From Edaphobacter aggregans (GTDB lineage Bacteria; Acidobacteriota; Terriglobia; Terriglobales; Acidobacteriaceae), in NCBI RefSeq assembly GCF_003945235.1, contig NZ_RSDW01000001.1, forward strand, positions 2,130,001 through 2,162,000: a DNA stretch of 32,000 nt, given 5' to 3'. A model generated the notes under the pieces. That model searched no databases. It had not been told where the DNA came from and was given only the letters and a program-made list of their open reading frames with translations. Made by a program: the position numbers and the translations under genes. Positions within the stretch are counted from its first letter, which is position 1, and every line of letters begins with the position of its first letter. Shown piece by piece: positions 1 to 7,290 of the stretch.

Positions 1-1040
1 TTGCCGGATAGGAGGAGGACTTCGCCGGGCTTCCAGGTGCGGACTTCGTCGTGGGTGACGGTGTCGAGGTTCACGCGGCGGGCGCTGGAGACGTCGTAGG
101 TGAGGGTGGGCCAGGATTCGAGTGAGGGTGGGTCGAGGGCCACGGGGCCGCTGCCGTCGAGGTGGATGTGGGCGTGGCGGGTGGCGGCGCAGTTGGGGAT
201 CATGGCGACGGGGAGGTTGGCCGCGTGGGTGGGGTAGTCGAGGATTTTGACGTCGAGGACGGTGGTGAGCCCGCCGAGGCCCTGGGCTCCGATGCCTAGG
301 TGATTGATCTTGTCGTGGAGCTCGATGCGGAGGGCTTCGAGTTTGTTTAGCTTTTGGCCTTCAGCCGCGCGGGCTTTGAGCTCCTGCATGTCGATGGGGT
401 CCATGAGGGACTCTTTGGCCATGACCATAGCCTTTTCGGCGGTGCCGCCGATGCCGATGCCGAGCATGCCGGGGGGGCACCAGCCTGCGCCCATGGTGGG
501 GACGGTCTTTAACACCCAGTCGACGATGGAGTCGGAGGGGTTGAGCATGGCGAACTTGGATTTGGCCTCGGAGCCTCCGCCTTTGGCGGCGACAGTGATG
601 TCGACTTCGGCGCCAGGGACCATCTCGACGGAGACTACTGCGGGGGTGTTGTCGCCGGTGTTTTTGCGGGAGAACGCTGGGTCGCTGAGGATGCTGGCAC
701 GGAGCTTGTTGTCAGGATAGTTGTAGGCCTGGCGGACGCCCTCGTCGACCATCTGCTGGATAGTGAGGAGGGGTTTGCCGGAGTTGTCCCAGCGGGTCTC
801 CATGCCGAGCTTGATGAAGGCGGTGACGATGCCGGTGTCCTGACAGACGGGGCGGTGGCCTTCGGCGCACATACGCGAGTTGATGAGGATCTGGGCCATG
901 GCGTCTTTGGCTGCGGGGGACTGCTCGAGCTCGTATGCGCGGCTGAGGTTGGTGATGAAGTCCTCGGGGTGGTAGTAGGAGATGTATTGGAGGGCGTCGG
1001 CGACGGATTGGATGAAGTCGGATTGCTTGATGGTGGCCAT
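1..1040 (-). CDS. Class I (Fe-S dependent, TtdA/FumA-type) fumarate hydratase. About 346 N-terminal codons are present; the gene continues past the window start.
   Basis: Not in the supplied ORF track because it runs off the window edge. My translation of the minus strand from ATG 1040..1038 reads MATIKQSDFIQSVADALQYISYYHPEDF...RPVCQDTGIVTAF...NTGDNTPAVVSVEMVPG...VAAKGGGSEAKSKFAMLNP...GWCPPGMLGIGIGGTAEKAM...LGIGAQGLGGLTTVLDVKI...MIPNCAATRHAH. These are conserved motifs of the Fe-S hydro-lyase (fumarase / tartrate dehydratase) alpha domain. Confidence 0.85.
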   Translation of the reverse strand, partial: MATIKQSDFIQSVADALQYISYYHPEDFITNLSRAYELEQSPAAKDAMAQILINSRMCAEGHRPVCQDTGIVTAFIKLGMETRWDNSGKPLLTIQQMVDEGVRQAYNYPDNKLRASILSDPAFSRKNTGDNTPAVVSVEMVPGAEVDITVAAKGGGSEAKSKFAMLNPSDSIVDWVLKTVPTMGAGWCPPGMLGIGIGGTAEKAMVMAKESLMDPIDMQELKARAAEGQKLNKLEALRIELHDKINHLGIGAQGLGGLTTVLDVKILDYPTHAANLPVAMIPNCAATRHAHIHLDGSGPVALDPPSLESWPTLTYDVSSARRVNLDTVTHDEVRTWKPGEVLLLSG

Positions 1041-1042
1041 GG
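1005..1042. repeat. Direct repeat copy A (38 bp), covering the start codon and first 11 codons of the intact fumarase gene
   Basis: ggattggatgaagtcggattgcttgatggtggccatgg matches 1571..1608 at 36 of 38 positions (hand alignment, constant offset of 566 bp). Confidence 0.9.
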
Positions 1043-1121
1043 GTCTCTGATCTCTAGTGTAATTTTAGGTGTATCGGCGAATTCTCGCTGAATCGAGGGA
1101 ACGACGTGGTTTTGAAAGAGG

Positions 1122-1565
1122 GTGTCTCGGGTGGCCAGTGAATCCAACGTTGCGGTGTGGGCTACTGCAAAGTCAACTCATAGCGGAAATGGGAGAGCAA
1201 TAATATTCCGCTTCGCTAAAGAATTTCAACCTCACTTCGATCGAACCTCTCAGCCTGACCGGATCATTCTCGTTTGGAGGTATGAGTCCGAAACTGGGCA
1301 GCCGCTGAGCGATGAACATCAGCGAATGAATCTTCTTGAAGACATGCTCGGACCAGCCCTCTTTGAGGGAGAATTTGCCACACTTGCACTTGTTTCAACG
1401 GGTGAAAACCTGCGTGAATGGATTTATTACACCAAGTCCGAAGATGAATTCATGGATAAGCTCAACGAAGCGCTTGCCGAAACCGCATTTCCTATCGAAA
1501 TTCACACGGCAGCCGATCCGACTTGGGAAACGTATGAAGAGTTCATAAGGAACTTACGAACTTAG
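1122..1565 (+). CDS. DUF695-family protein. The start is uncertain; GTG 1122, GTG 1131 and GTG 1152 are all possible.
   Basis: Translation ...VWATAKSTHSGNGRAIIFRFAKEF...PDRIILVWRYESETGQPLSDEHQRMNLLEDML...LVSTGENLREWIYYTKSEDEFMDKLNEAL...ADPTWETYEEFI fits my recollection of the DUF695 pattern: N-terminal Trp, NG-x-A-x-I, Y-x5-G-x-P, ED-x-L, T-G-x-x-RE-x-x-Y-Y, DP-x-W-x-x-Y. G+C is visibly lower (mid-40s % by eye) than the flanking genes. Confidence 0.7.
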   Translation: MSRVASESNVAVWATAKSTHSGNGRAIIFRFAKEFQPHFDRTSQPDRIILVWRYESETGQPLSDEHQRMNLLEDMLGPALFEGEFATLALVSTGENLREWIYYTKSEDEFMDKLNEALAETAFPIEIHTAADPTWETYEEFIRNLRT

Positions 1566-1606
1566 CTAAGGGACTGGATGAAGTCGGATTGCTTGACGGT
1601 GGCCAT
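1562..1606 (-). pseudogene. 14-codon remnant of the fumarase 5' end (MATVKQSDFIQSLS*), still attached to what looks like the original upstream region
   Basis: The minus strand reads ATGGCCACCGTCAAGCAATCCGACTTCATCCAGTCCCTTAGCTAA. The first 12 codons match the intact gene start (MATIKQSDFIQS) with one Ile/Val change and one synonymous change. A GGAGAC Shine-Dalgarno-like motif lies 8 nt upstream of this ATG. Confidence 0.75.
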
Positions 1607-1608
1607 GG
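1571..1608. repeat. Direct repeat copy B (38 bp) of the fumarase start region
   Basis: ggactggatgaagtcggattgcttgacggtggccatgg. Same orientation as copy A at 1005..1042, with 2 mismatches. Confidence 0.9.
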
Positions 1609-1732
1609 TTTCGTACGTCTCCGATCGATCTTAGAGCCTGAGGGGAGGCTCGATCCAAACAGCAGTGATGAGTGTCACCTTAAAAGGGCCAGAGATGAGC
1701 GATCCTAGTAAGTTGAGGCACAGGAGGGCGCC

Positions 1733-2140
1733 ATGGCGTCACGCACATCGTTTCTAGCCAAATTGATCGGTTTGTACTCCATTCTGGCCGCACTATCGAT
1801 GAGCATTCGCGGGCAGGGTACGGTGCAGATGGTAACGGAGATTCTGCATGACTCATCCCTGATGTTTCTGTTGGGCGTGATTACGTTGATCGCGGGACTG
1901 GCAATGGTGCTGGCGCACAATGTGTGGTCCGGCGGAGCGTTGCGAGTGACGGTAACGCTAATTGGATGGATCACGCTGATCAAGGGCCTGTTGTTCCTGT
2001 TCTTACCCGCGGGCGATGAGGCAGGGTTTTTCCTCGGTGTGATGCACTATCAGCAGCTGTTTTATGTATATGTGTCGTTTGCGCTGGTGCTGGGGCTTTG
2101 GTTTACGTATTGTGGGTTTGCAGTGAAGGAGCGGGCGTAG
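1733..2140 (+). CDS. Small integral membrane protein of unknown function, about 4 predicted TM helices
   Basis: 135-aa ORF with CAGGAGGG 5 nt upstream of the ATG. Hydrophobic segments: LIGLYSILAALSM, LMFLLGVITLIAGLAMVLA, VTVTLIGWITLIKGLLFLFL and LFYVYVSFALVLGLWFTYCGF. I do not recognise a family. Confidence 0.6.
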   Translation: MASRTSFLAKLIGLYSILAALSMSIRGQGTVQMVTEILHDSSLMFLLGVITLIAGLAMVLAHNVWSGGALRVTVTLIGWITLIKGLLFLFLPAGDEAGFFLGVMHYQQLFYVYVSFALVLGLWFTYCGFAVKERA

Positions 2141-2149
2141 CGGCTGACT

Positions 2150-2425
2150 ATGCGAACTCGTTACAAGATATGTCTTGGAATCGCCTTGGCTCTCTTAATT
2201 TTAGGGTTCATAGGAATTACCGAAGCCGGACAACGTTGGTTACTTGGGACTGCTCCTCCGAATGAAACGCCATTTCAGGCGGATGATCGCTACATGGGAG
2301 CAGGTCTAGCCCCATACGTTTACTGCTTGTTGCCGTCACTCCTTCTTTGCCTCTACGTCGTCTTAAGTTTGCTATGGACGAAATTCCGTGGGCGGCTTCT
2401 GTCATCTAAATCCTCGGAGAGGTGA
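2150..2425 (+). CDS. Hypothetical small membrane protein (2 TM)
   Basis: 91-aa ORF with two hydrophobic helices (ICLGIALALLILGFIGI and YVYCLLPSLLLCLYVVLSLLW). Its TGA stop at 2423..2425 lies 1 nt before the aspA ATG. Third-position G+C is low by eye and there is no clear RBS, so coding status is uncertain. Confidence 0.4.
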   Translation: MRTRYKICLGIALALLILGFIGITEAGQRWLLGTAPPNETPFQADDRYMGAGLAPYVYCLLPSLLLCLYVVLSLLWTKFRGRLLSSKSSER

Positions 2426-2426
2426 A

Positions 2427-3827
2427 ATGCCCGATAAAAGAACAGAAACCGATTCTCTCGGCCAGATCGAAGTTCCAGCTGAGGCGCTTTATGGGGCGCA
2501 GACTACGCGGGCTGTGGGGAATTTTCCGATTAGTGGGTTGAGGGCTAGTGTGTTTTTGATTCGGGCGCTGGCTATGGTGAAGCTGGCGGCGGCGGCGGCT
2601 AATCGGGAGTTGGGGTTGATTACTGAGGAGCAGGGCGGGGTGATCGTGCGGGCGGCGCAGGAGGTTCTCGACGGGAAGCACCATGAGCATTTTGTGGTGG
2701 ATGTGTTTCAGGCGGGTGCGGGTGTGAGCCTGCATATGAACACGAATGAGGTACTGGCGAATCGCGCGGGGCAGCTGCTGGGGGAGGCACTGGGGAGCTA
2801 TAAGAAGGTTCATCCGAATGACCATGTGAACTATGGGCAGTCGACCAATGATGTGTTTCCGACGGCGATGCGGCTGAGTGCGCTGCTGGCGCTGGAGGAG
2901 CTGTATCCGGTGCTGAATGCGCTGGCTGGGAGTTTTGCGGCGAAGGCGGAGGAGTTTCGCGATGTCCTGAAGGCCGGGCGCACGCATATGCAGGACGCGG
3001 TGCCCATTACGCTGGGGCAGGAGTTTGCGGCGTATGCGGCGGCGGTGCGAGAGGCGGAGGCGGCGATTCGCAGGGGGTCGGTGGGGCTGCGGGCGCTTGG
3101 GCTGGGTGGATCGGCTGTGGGGACGGGGCTGAATACGCATCCGGAGTACAGGCAGAAGGCAGTGGCGAAGCTGGCGCGGATCGCGGGGTTGGAGCTGCAT
3201 CCGGCGTATGACCTGCGGTATGCGATGCAGTCGTGCGCTTGCATGGCGGAGGTTTCGGGAGCGCTGCGAGGGCTGGCGTTGGAGATGGTGAGGATATCGA
3301 ATGACCTGCGGCTGCTGTCGTCGGGGCCGAATACGGGGTTCAACGAGATTCATCTGCCGAGCTTGCAGCCGGGGTCGAGCATCATGCCGGGGAAGGTGAA
3401 TCCTGTGCTGGCGGAGTTGACTGCGATGGTTGGGTTTCAGGTTGTCGGCAACGATGCGGCGGTGGCGATGGCGGTACAGGCGGGGCAGCTGGAGCTGAAC
3501 GTGATGATGCCTGCGATGGCGCACAACACGCTGCAGTCGATCACGATTTTGACGAATACGCTGCGGGAGCTGGATGTGCACTGCGTTCGCGGGATTACGG
3601 TGAATCGGGAGCGGGCCGCTTTTTATGCGGGTAGCACGATTGCTTTGGCTACGGCGCTGAATCCTTACATCGGCTACGCGAAGGCTGCGGCGTTGGTGAA
3701 GGAGTCTGTGGCGAGCGGGCGCTCGATTGTGGAGCTGGCTCGAGAGCAGAAGCTGCTGAGCGAGGAGCAGATTGCGGAGATCCTTGATCCTAAAAACATG
3801 ACGGAACCTCGTGCCAGGAAGGCCTGA
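2427..3827 (+). CDS. aspA: Aspartate ammonia-lyase (aspartase) of the fumarase/aspartase class II lyase family
   Basis: Carries the GSSIMPGKVNP signature loop. FQAGAGVSLHMNTNEVLAN and QAGQLELNVMMP resemble E. coli AspA (recalled YQGGAGTSVNMNTNEVLAN and EAGQLQLNVMEP) more than FumC (recalled WQTGSGTQSNMN and ASGNFELNVFRP). I moved the start to ATG 2427 (MPDKRTETDSLGQIEVP), which follows GGAGAGGTG. Confidence 0.85.
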   Translation: MPDKRTETDSLGQIEVPAEALYGAQTTRAVGNFPISGLRASVFLIRALAMVKLAAAAANRELGLITEEQGGVIVRAAQEVLDGKHHEHFVVDVFQAGAGVSLHMNTNEVLANRAGQLLGEALGSYKKVHPNDHVNYGQSTNDVFPTAMRLSALLALEELYPVLNALAGSFAAKAEEFRDVLKAGRTHMQDAVPITLGQEFAAYAAAVREAEAAIRRGSVGLRALGLGGSAVGTGLNTHPEYRQKAVAKLARIAGLELHPAYDLRYAMQSCACMAEVSGALRGLALEMVRISNDLRLLSSGPNTGFNEIHLPSLQPGSSIMPGKVNPVLAELTAMVGFQVVGNDAAVAMAVQAGQLELNVMMPAMAHNTLQSITILTNTLRELDVHCVRGITVNRERAAFYAGSTIALATALNPYIGYAKAAALVKESVASGRSIVELAREQKLLSEEQIAEILDPKNMTEPRARKA

Positions 3828-3840
3828 CGCCGAGGTTCCG
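3802..3840. terminator. Perfect 10-bp inverted repeat enclosing the aspA stop codon; possible intrinsic terminator for the convergent minus-strand OMP gene
   Basis: cggaacctcg (3802-3811) pairs with cgaggttccg (3831-3840) around a 19-nt loop. On the minus strand the hairpin is followed by tcatgttttta. The U-run starts 5 nt after the stem, so this is not a textbook terminator. Confidence 0.4.
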
Positions 3841-3862
3841 CGGTTGAAGTCTGCTGCTGGTT

Positions 3863-4561
3863 TTACTTGATCTTGCCGAAGCGGTAGACGACTCCGACCT
3901 TGAATCCAAGGTTGTTCTGCACGGTGCCGCCGAAGGTGGTTCCGGTATAGGTCGGAGCTACGCGGATGGCAAAGTTGGGATAGAGGTTGTAGTCCAGATT
4001 AAGGGCTACGTTGAACGCCGGACGGGTCTGGCTGGGCCACATGCCGATCTGCTCGGACTTGAGGGGGGTGATATTGCCCTGGAACAGGCCGATAGAGACT
4101 CCGCCGAGAGCCTGTACGCTGGCCGAGAGCTTCTCCTTCGCATAGAAGCGATACGCCACGCCGCCCAGGACGTTGTACTGCTGAATGGACGGGCGAAAGA
4201 TGTTGTTGAGCGAGTAGAAGTTGGAGATCTTGGCGTTGCCGTAGGCGCCAGTGCCGTTGGCTACAATTCCTAGCTTAGGGCTCAGGTTATATTGGCCCCA
4301 AGTCTCCCAGGTGACCTGGTTGTTGCGCTGGAGGTTTTCACCGGAACGGAAGCGCTGATAGCCGCCGCCGCCGCCGACCTCCCATCGGTGGCTGTAGGTC
4401 TCCTGGATGGTCCTCGCGATGCGAGCCTTGCGGTTTGCGTTCGATTCCCGACGCGTTCTGTGTGTCGACTGCGCCTGCGCGGCGCCTGCTCCGCTGGCTA
4501 TGAGGGCTGCCAGCAACACTGCTGCTACATTTTTCACACTTAACCTGAAACCGAACATCAA
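3863..4561 (-). CDS. Outer-membrane beta-barrel protein (OMP_b-brl / OmpW-like class)
   Basis: Signal peptide MMFGFRLSVKNVAAVLLAALIASGAGAAQAQ. Alternating hydrophobic beta-strand pattern with aromatic girdle residues, and a C-terminal ...GFKVGVVYRFGKIK strand. Confidence 0.6.
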   Translation of the reverse strand: MMFGFRLSVKNVAAVLLAALIASGAGAAQAQSTHRTRRESNANRKARIARTIQETYSHRWEVGGGGGYQRFRSGENLQRNNQVTWETWGQYNLSPKLGIVANGTGAYGNAKISNFYSLNNIFRPSIQQYNVLGGVAYRFYAKEKLSASVQALGGVSIGLFQGNITPLKSEQIGMWPSQTRPAFNVALNLDYNLYPNFAIRVAPTYTGTTFGGTVQNNLGFKVGVVYRFGKIK

Positions 4562-4711
4562 CGAATACTCCTGCTCACAAGCTTGCTTTTGCTATTGTCG
4601 AACTCGAGGGCCGCGGTATGAGGGTCAACCGCAGGCCATTTCCTTATTAGAACATCCGCCGCGTCTCTCGGGAGCGGAGAGGCGTCAATACTTGCGAAGG
4701 AGAGCTCTACG

Positions 4712-5260
4712 ATGGCGAAAAAGTCCGGCGGCGGCGGTTTTGGAAAGGTTTTTCTCGGGTTTCTCCTTGGTATCGCAGCCGTGGCTGCGGGGCTGTTTCT
4801 GTATGTTCGCTTCGGACCGCTGCCGGTGGCCGTCGCGGACGCGCCGTTTCCGTTTGAGAAGCATGTTGTGAGGCTGCCTCTGAACGCCCGGATCGAGCGC
4901 GAGATGAAGGCCGCTCCTTTTGGCACCAGCGAGGATGTTTTTGAGGCCGGCGCCCATATCTATCGCGCTCAATGCGCGAGTTGCCACGGTACGCCCGGGC
5001 ACGATGTCGCCTATGCGAAGCACATGTTTCCGAATGCGCCTCAGCTTTGGAAGAAGCATGGCAAGAGCGATGTGGTTGGCGTCAGCGATGATGAGGCGGG
5101 CGAGACGTACTGGAAGGTCGCTCATGGGATTCGGCTGACTGGCATGCCTTCGTACGATCATGTGCTCTCCGACACGGAGATGTGGCAGGTGAGTCTGCTG
5201 CTCAAGAACGCCGATAAGGAGCTGCCGGATCCGGTGACGCGGATTCTTGCAGGACAGTAA
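4712..5260 (+). CDS. Membrane-anchored mono-haem c-type cytochrome
   Basis: AAGGAGAG RBS upstream. N-terminal TM anchor (VFLGFLLGIAAVAAGLFLYV), a CASCH haem-binding motif (CXXCH) and a downstream GMPSY candidate axial Met. Confidence 0.75.
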   Translation: MAKKSGGGGFGKVFLGFLLGIAAVAAGLFLYVRFGPLPVAVADAPFPFEKHVVRLPLNARIEREMKAAPFGTSEDVFEAGAHIYRAQCASCHGTPGHDVAYAKHMFPNAPQLWKKHGKSDVVGVSDDEAGETYWKVAHGIRLTGMPSYDHVLSDTEMWQVSLLLKNADKELPDPVTRILAGQ

Positions 5261-5657
5261 CGGGAGCTTCTCAGGATTTATAAAACTCCTATTTTCAGCA
5301 GATAGGAGACACCCTTTCGCCAAATTATTAAAAGCAAAGAGATTACTAACAAAATCCTCGTCTTAAAAGGGATTCGAAGCCAAATCTACCGATTCCATTG
5401 ATGGAGGGAGCGGGAGATTAATTCGGCAGAATCTATGGTCTTCCACGCTCTGCGGAGCGTACGATCAAACCGGTCTTTTAGGCCAAGCTCCGGGTCATCT
5501 ACGTTGCTATTGGCGATCATCCCCTGAACAAAAAAACCATGTGTTTTAGCGTCGGAAGAAGCCTATTGCGCCGAGGGTGGGTGCGGTCAGGGTCCAACAT
5601 CAGAACGTGCTCATCAACCGGAATGTTGGCTAATCACATCAACATAAGGAGAATGCC

Positions 5658-6299
5658 ATGAGTTGCTACGATCAAGGTGCCGTTGAGGTTTCGGCGACGA
5701 ATTTCGTTCAAAGTCTGCACTATACTTTCGGACAAACTTCTCTTATCGTGACGATCAGCCTCTCGGCGATAGAGAACTTCGCGGGTCCAGGGTTCGCGGC
5801 GGCTTACTTCATAGCGGTGAAACAGGTAGGTCTACCAGTCGAACAATTCCCAACTGACGGTGGAATTTTTGTTGGCCCTGCACAGATTCGCAAAGACGAT
5901 TTGACCGACGTATTCGGAGTCCTGTGGACGGCTAATTGCGGGGCAAAGGCAGTGGTCAATTTTTTTGCATGGCCCCGAGTCAACAACATTTCTGCAGATC
6001 CTTCCACCCATACAGCGCAATCACCACGCAGAGAAAGGGTACTGGATGTTGCACAGCAGATGGTCGTGACGCTCTACGAGCCCCATTCGGGCTACGTGAA
6101 GCATAGGCACCTTGTCACGATGTTCGCGGGTGGCCGCGTCGTGTCCGAGGAGGAAGCAATCGAGACCGCAAACAAAGAAGCGTTGCGGTTTGGCCATCTA
6201 GCGGCGGAACTCAAGATGAAAGTGTCATCGGACTACGAGTACATCCGACATTGCAATCGGATTGATCTCAACACGGGTGAGTTCGTTCGACCTGCCTAG
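5658..6299 (+). CDS. Hypothetical protein (ORFan as far as I can recognise)
   Basis: 213-aa ORF with AAGGAG placed 6 nt before the ATG. No signal peptide, no TM segment and no motif I recognise. G+C and third-position G+C are visibly lower than in neighbouring core genes. Confidence 0.55.
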   Translation: MSCYDQGAVEVSATNFVQSLHYTFGQTSLIVTISLSAIENFAGPGFAAAYFIAVKQVGLPVEQFPTDGGIFVGPAQIRKDDLTDVFGVLWTANCGAKAVVNFFAWPRVNNISADPSTHTAQSPRRERVLDVAQQMVVTLYEPHSGYVKHRHLVTMFAGGRVVSEEEAIETANKEALRFGHLAAELKMKVSSDYEYIRHCNRIDLNTGEFVRPA

Positions 6300-6316
6300 C
6301 TGGCCGATCGTCGAAC

Positions 6317-7006
6317 TCAGGAGATGTGCGAGGGGTGCTCGGACGGGGGCGTGGGCTTTTGCTTGCGGCTGAGGACGAAGCTGCGGCGTTTGCGCTTTCG
6401 CTCGGAGGCGTGGTCGATCTTCTTCCAGAAGCCGACGAAGTAGTCGACTGCGGAGATGATGGAGACGGTGGCCATCCAGTAAATGGCCGTGACGGCGATG
6501 AAGTGGACCGCGATGATGAAGCCGCCCCAGTTCCAGTAGTCCCAGCGGTGCGCCAGGATGGCGGCGACGACAGAGACGATCTGGATGACGGTCTTGAGCT
6601 TGCCGATCTCGCTGGCCTCGATGGTGAAGCCCTCGGCGGCGGCGATGGAACGGAGGCCGGAGACGAGGAACTCGCGACCGATGACGAGGACGGCGATCCA
6701 GGGTGGCACGATGCGGGGGTTGTAGGCGACCAGGACGATGTAGGCCGCGGAGACCATGAGCTTGTCGGCCAGCGGGTCAAGGAGCATCCCCATGGTGGTG
6801 ATCTGGTTGCGGCGGCGGGCCAGGTAGCCGTCGAGGCCGTCGGTGATGCTGGCTAGGATGAAGACGAGAGAGGCGATGATCTCCTGCTCGCCGCCGCGCA
6901 GGCCGGTGGCGCCGTGCCCTGTCCAGGGGAAGGCGGGAGAGAGGATCCAGATGAGCAGGGGCACGCATGCAATGCGGCTCATCGTGATGGAGTTAGGCAG
7001 GTTCAT
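6317..7006 (-). CDS. pgsA: CDP-diacylglycerol--glycerol-3-phosphate 3-phosphatidyltransferase
   Basis: Contains the CDP-alcohol phosphatidyltransferase motif DGLDGYLARRRNQITTMGMLLDPLADK. The start MNLPNSITMSRIACVPLL matches the usual PgsA N-terminus, so I chose ATG 7006 over the track start at 7069. It has an unusual basic C-terminal tail (SERKRKRRSFVLSRKQKPTPP). Confidence 0.85.
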   Translation of the reverse strand: MNLPNSITMSRIACVPLLIWILSPAFPWTGHGATGLRGGEQEIIASLVFILASITDGLDGYLARRRNQITTMGMLLDPLADKLMVSAAYIVLVAYNPRIVPPWIAVLVIGREFLVSGLRSIAAAEGFTIEASEIGKLKTVIQIVSVVAAILAHRWDYWNWGGFIIAVHFIAVTAIYWMATVSIISAVDYFVGFWKKIDHASERKRKRRSFVLSRKQKPTPPSEHPSHIS

Positions 7007-7290
7007 CGGCGCAATGTCTGAAAGATAGCAGGTCGAGCGCTCGAAGATGCGCCGGACAGACACTAGCATTTTGCCATATCGGGGTGGTGATCTGGCAGGG
7101 GGTATTGGCTGACAGAGAGTTTGAGAGCCGACCGCGGATTGGCACGGATTAAAAACGGATAAAGACGTAGGGTGGGCGGTTACGAAATGCCTGGCGTGGG
7201 CGCTTTCCTGCTAACCGCTTTGATTTCAGGGCCGACTCTCTTTTTTTGCCCGACGCCGCCGATATAGGGAGTGTCTCAGGACGGAACAGC

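Noticed and set aside
304-1147. Track ORFs 304-720 (+), 635-1147 (-) and 855-1091 (+)
   Set aside because: The real gene here is the fumarase, in a different minus-strand frame that runs off the window edge. These ORFs are Ser/Pro/Thr-rich frame artefacts.
2406-3581. 391-aa minus-strand ORF antisense to aspA
   Set aside because: The translation is dominated by Arg/Gln/His/Pro/Leu low-complexity sequence. It lies fully inside a gene with unambiguous homology on the other strand. This is a typical stop-codon-poor shadow ORF in high-GC DNA.
5369-5381. tRNA T-loop-like string gggattcgaagcc, which might mark a tRNA fragment or att site at the edge of the low-GC patch
   Set aside because: There is no complementary T-stem, no acceptor stem and no CCA context around it. 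It resembles a tRNA only in the TTCGAA core.
5386-5520. 44-codon minus-strand ORF (MIANSNVDDPELGLKDRFDRTLRRAWKTIDSAELISRSLHQWNR) that an extra T in the adjacent T7/A7 run (5530-5536) would extend to 71 codons
   Set aside because: It is too short, has no RBS, and shows no recognisable family. The upstream extension looks non-protein-like. It is possibly a decayed gene fragment, but I cannot support calling it a gene.
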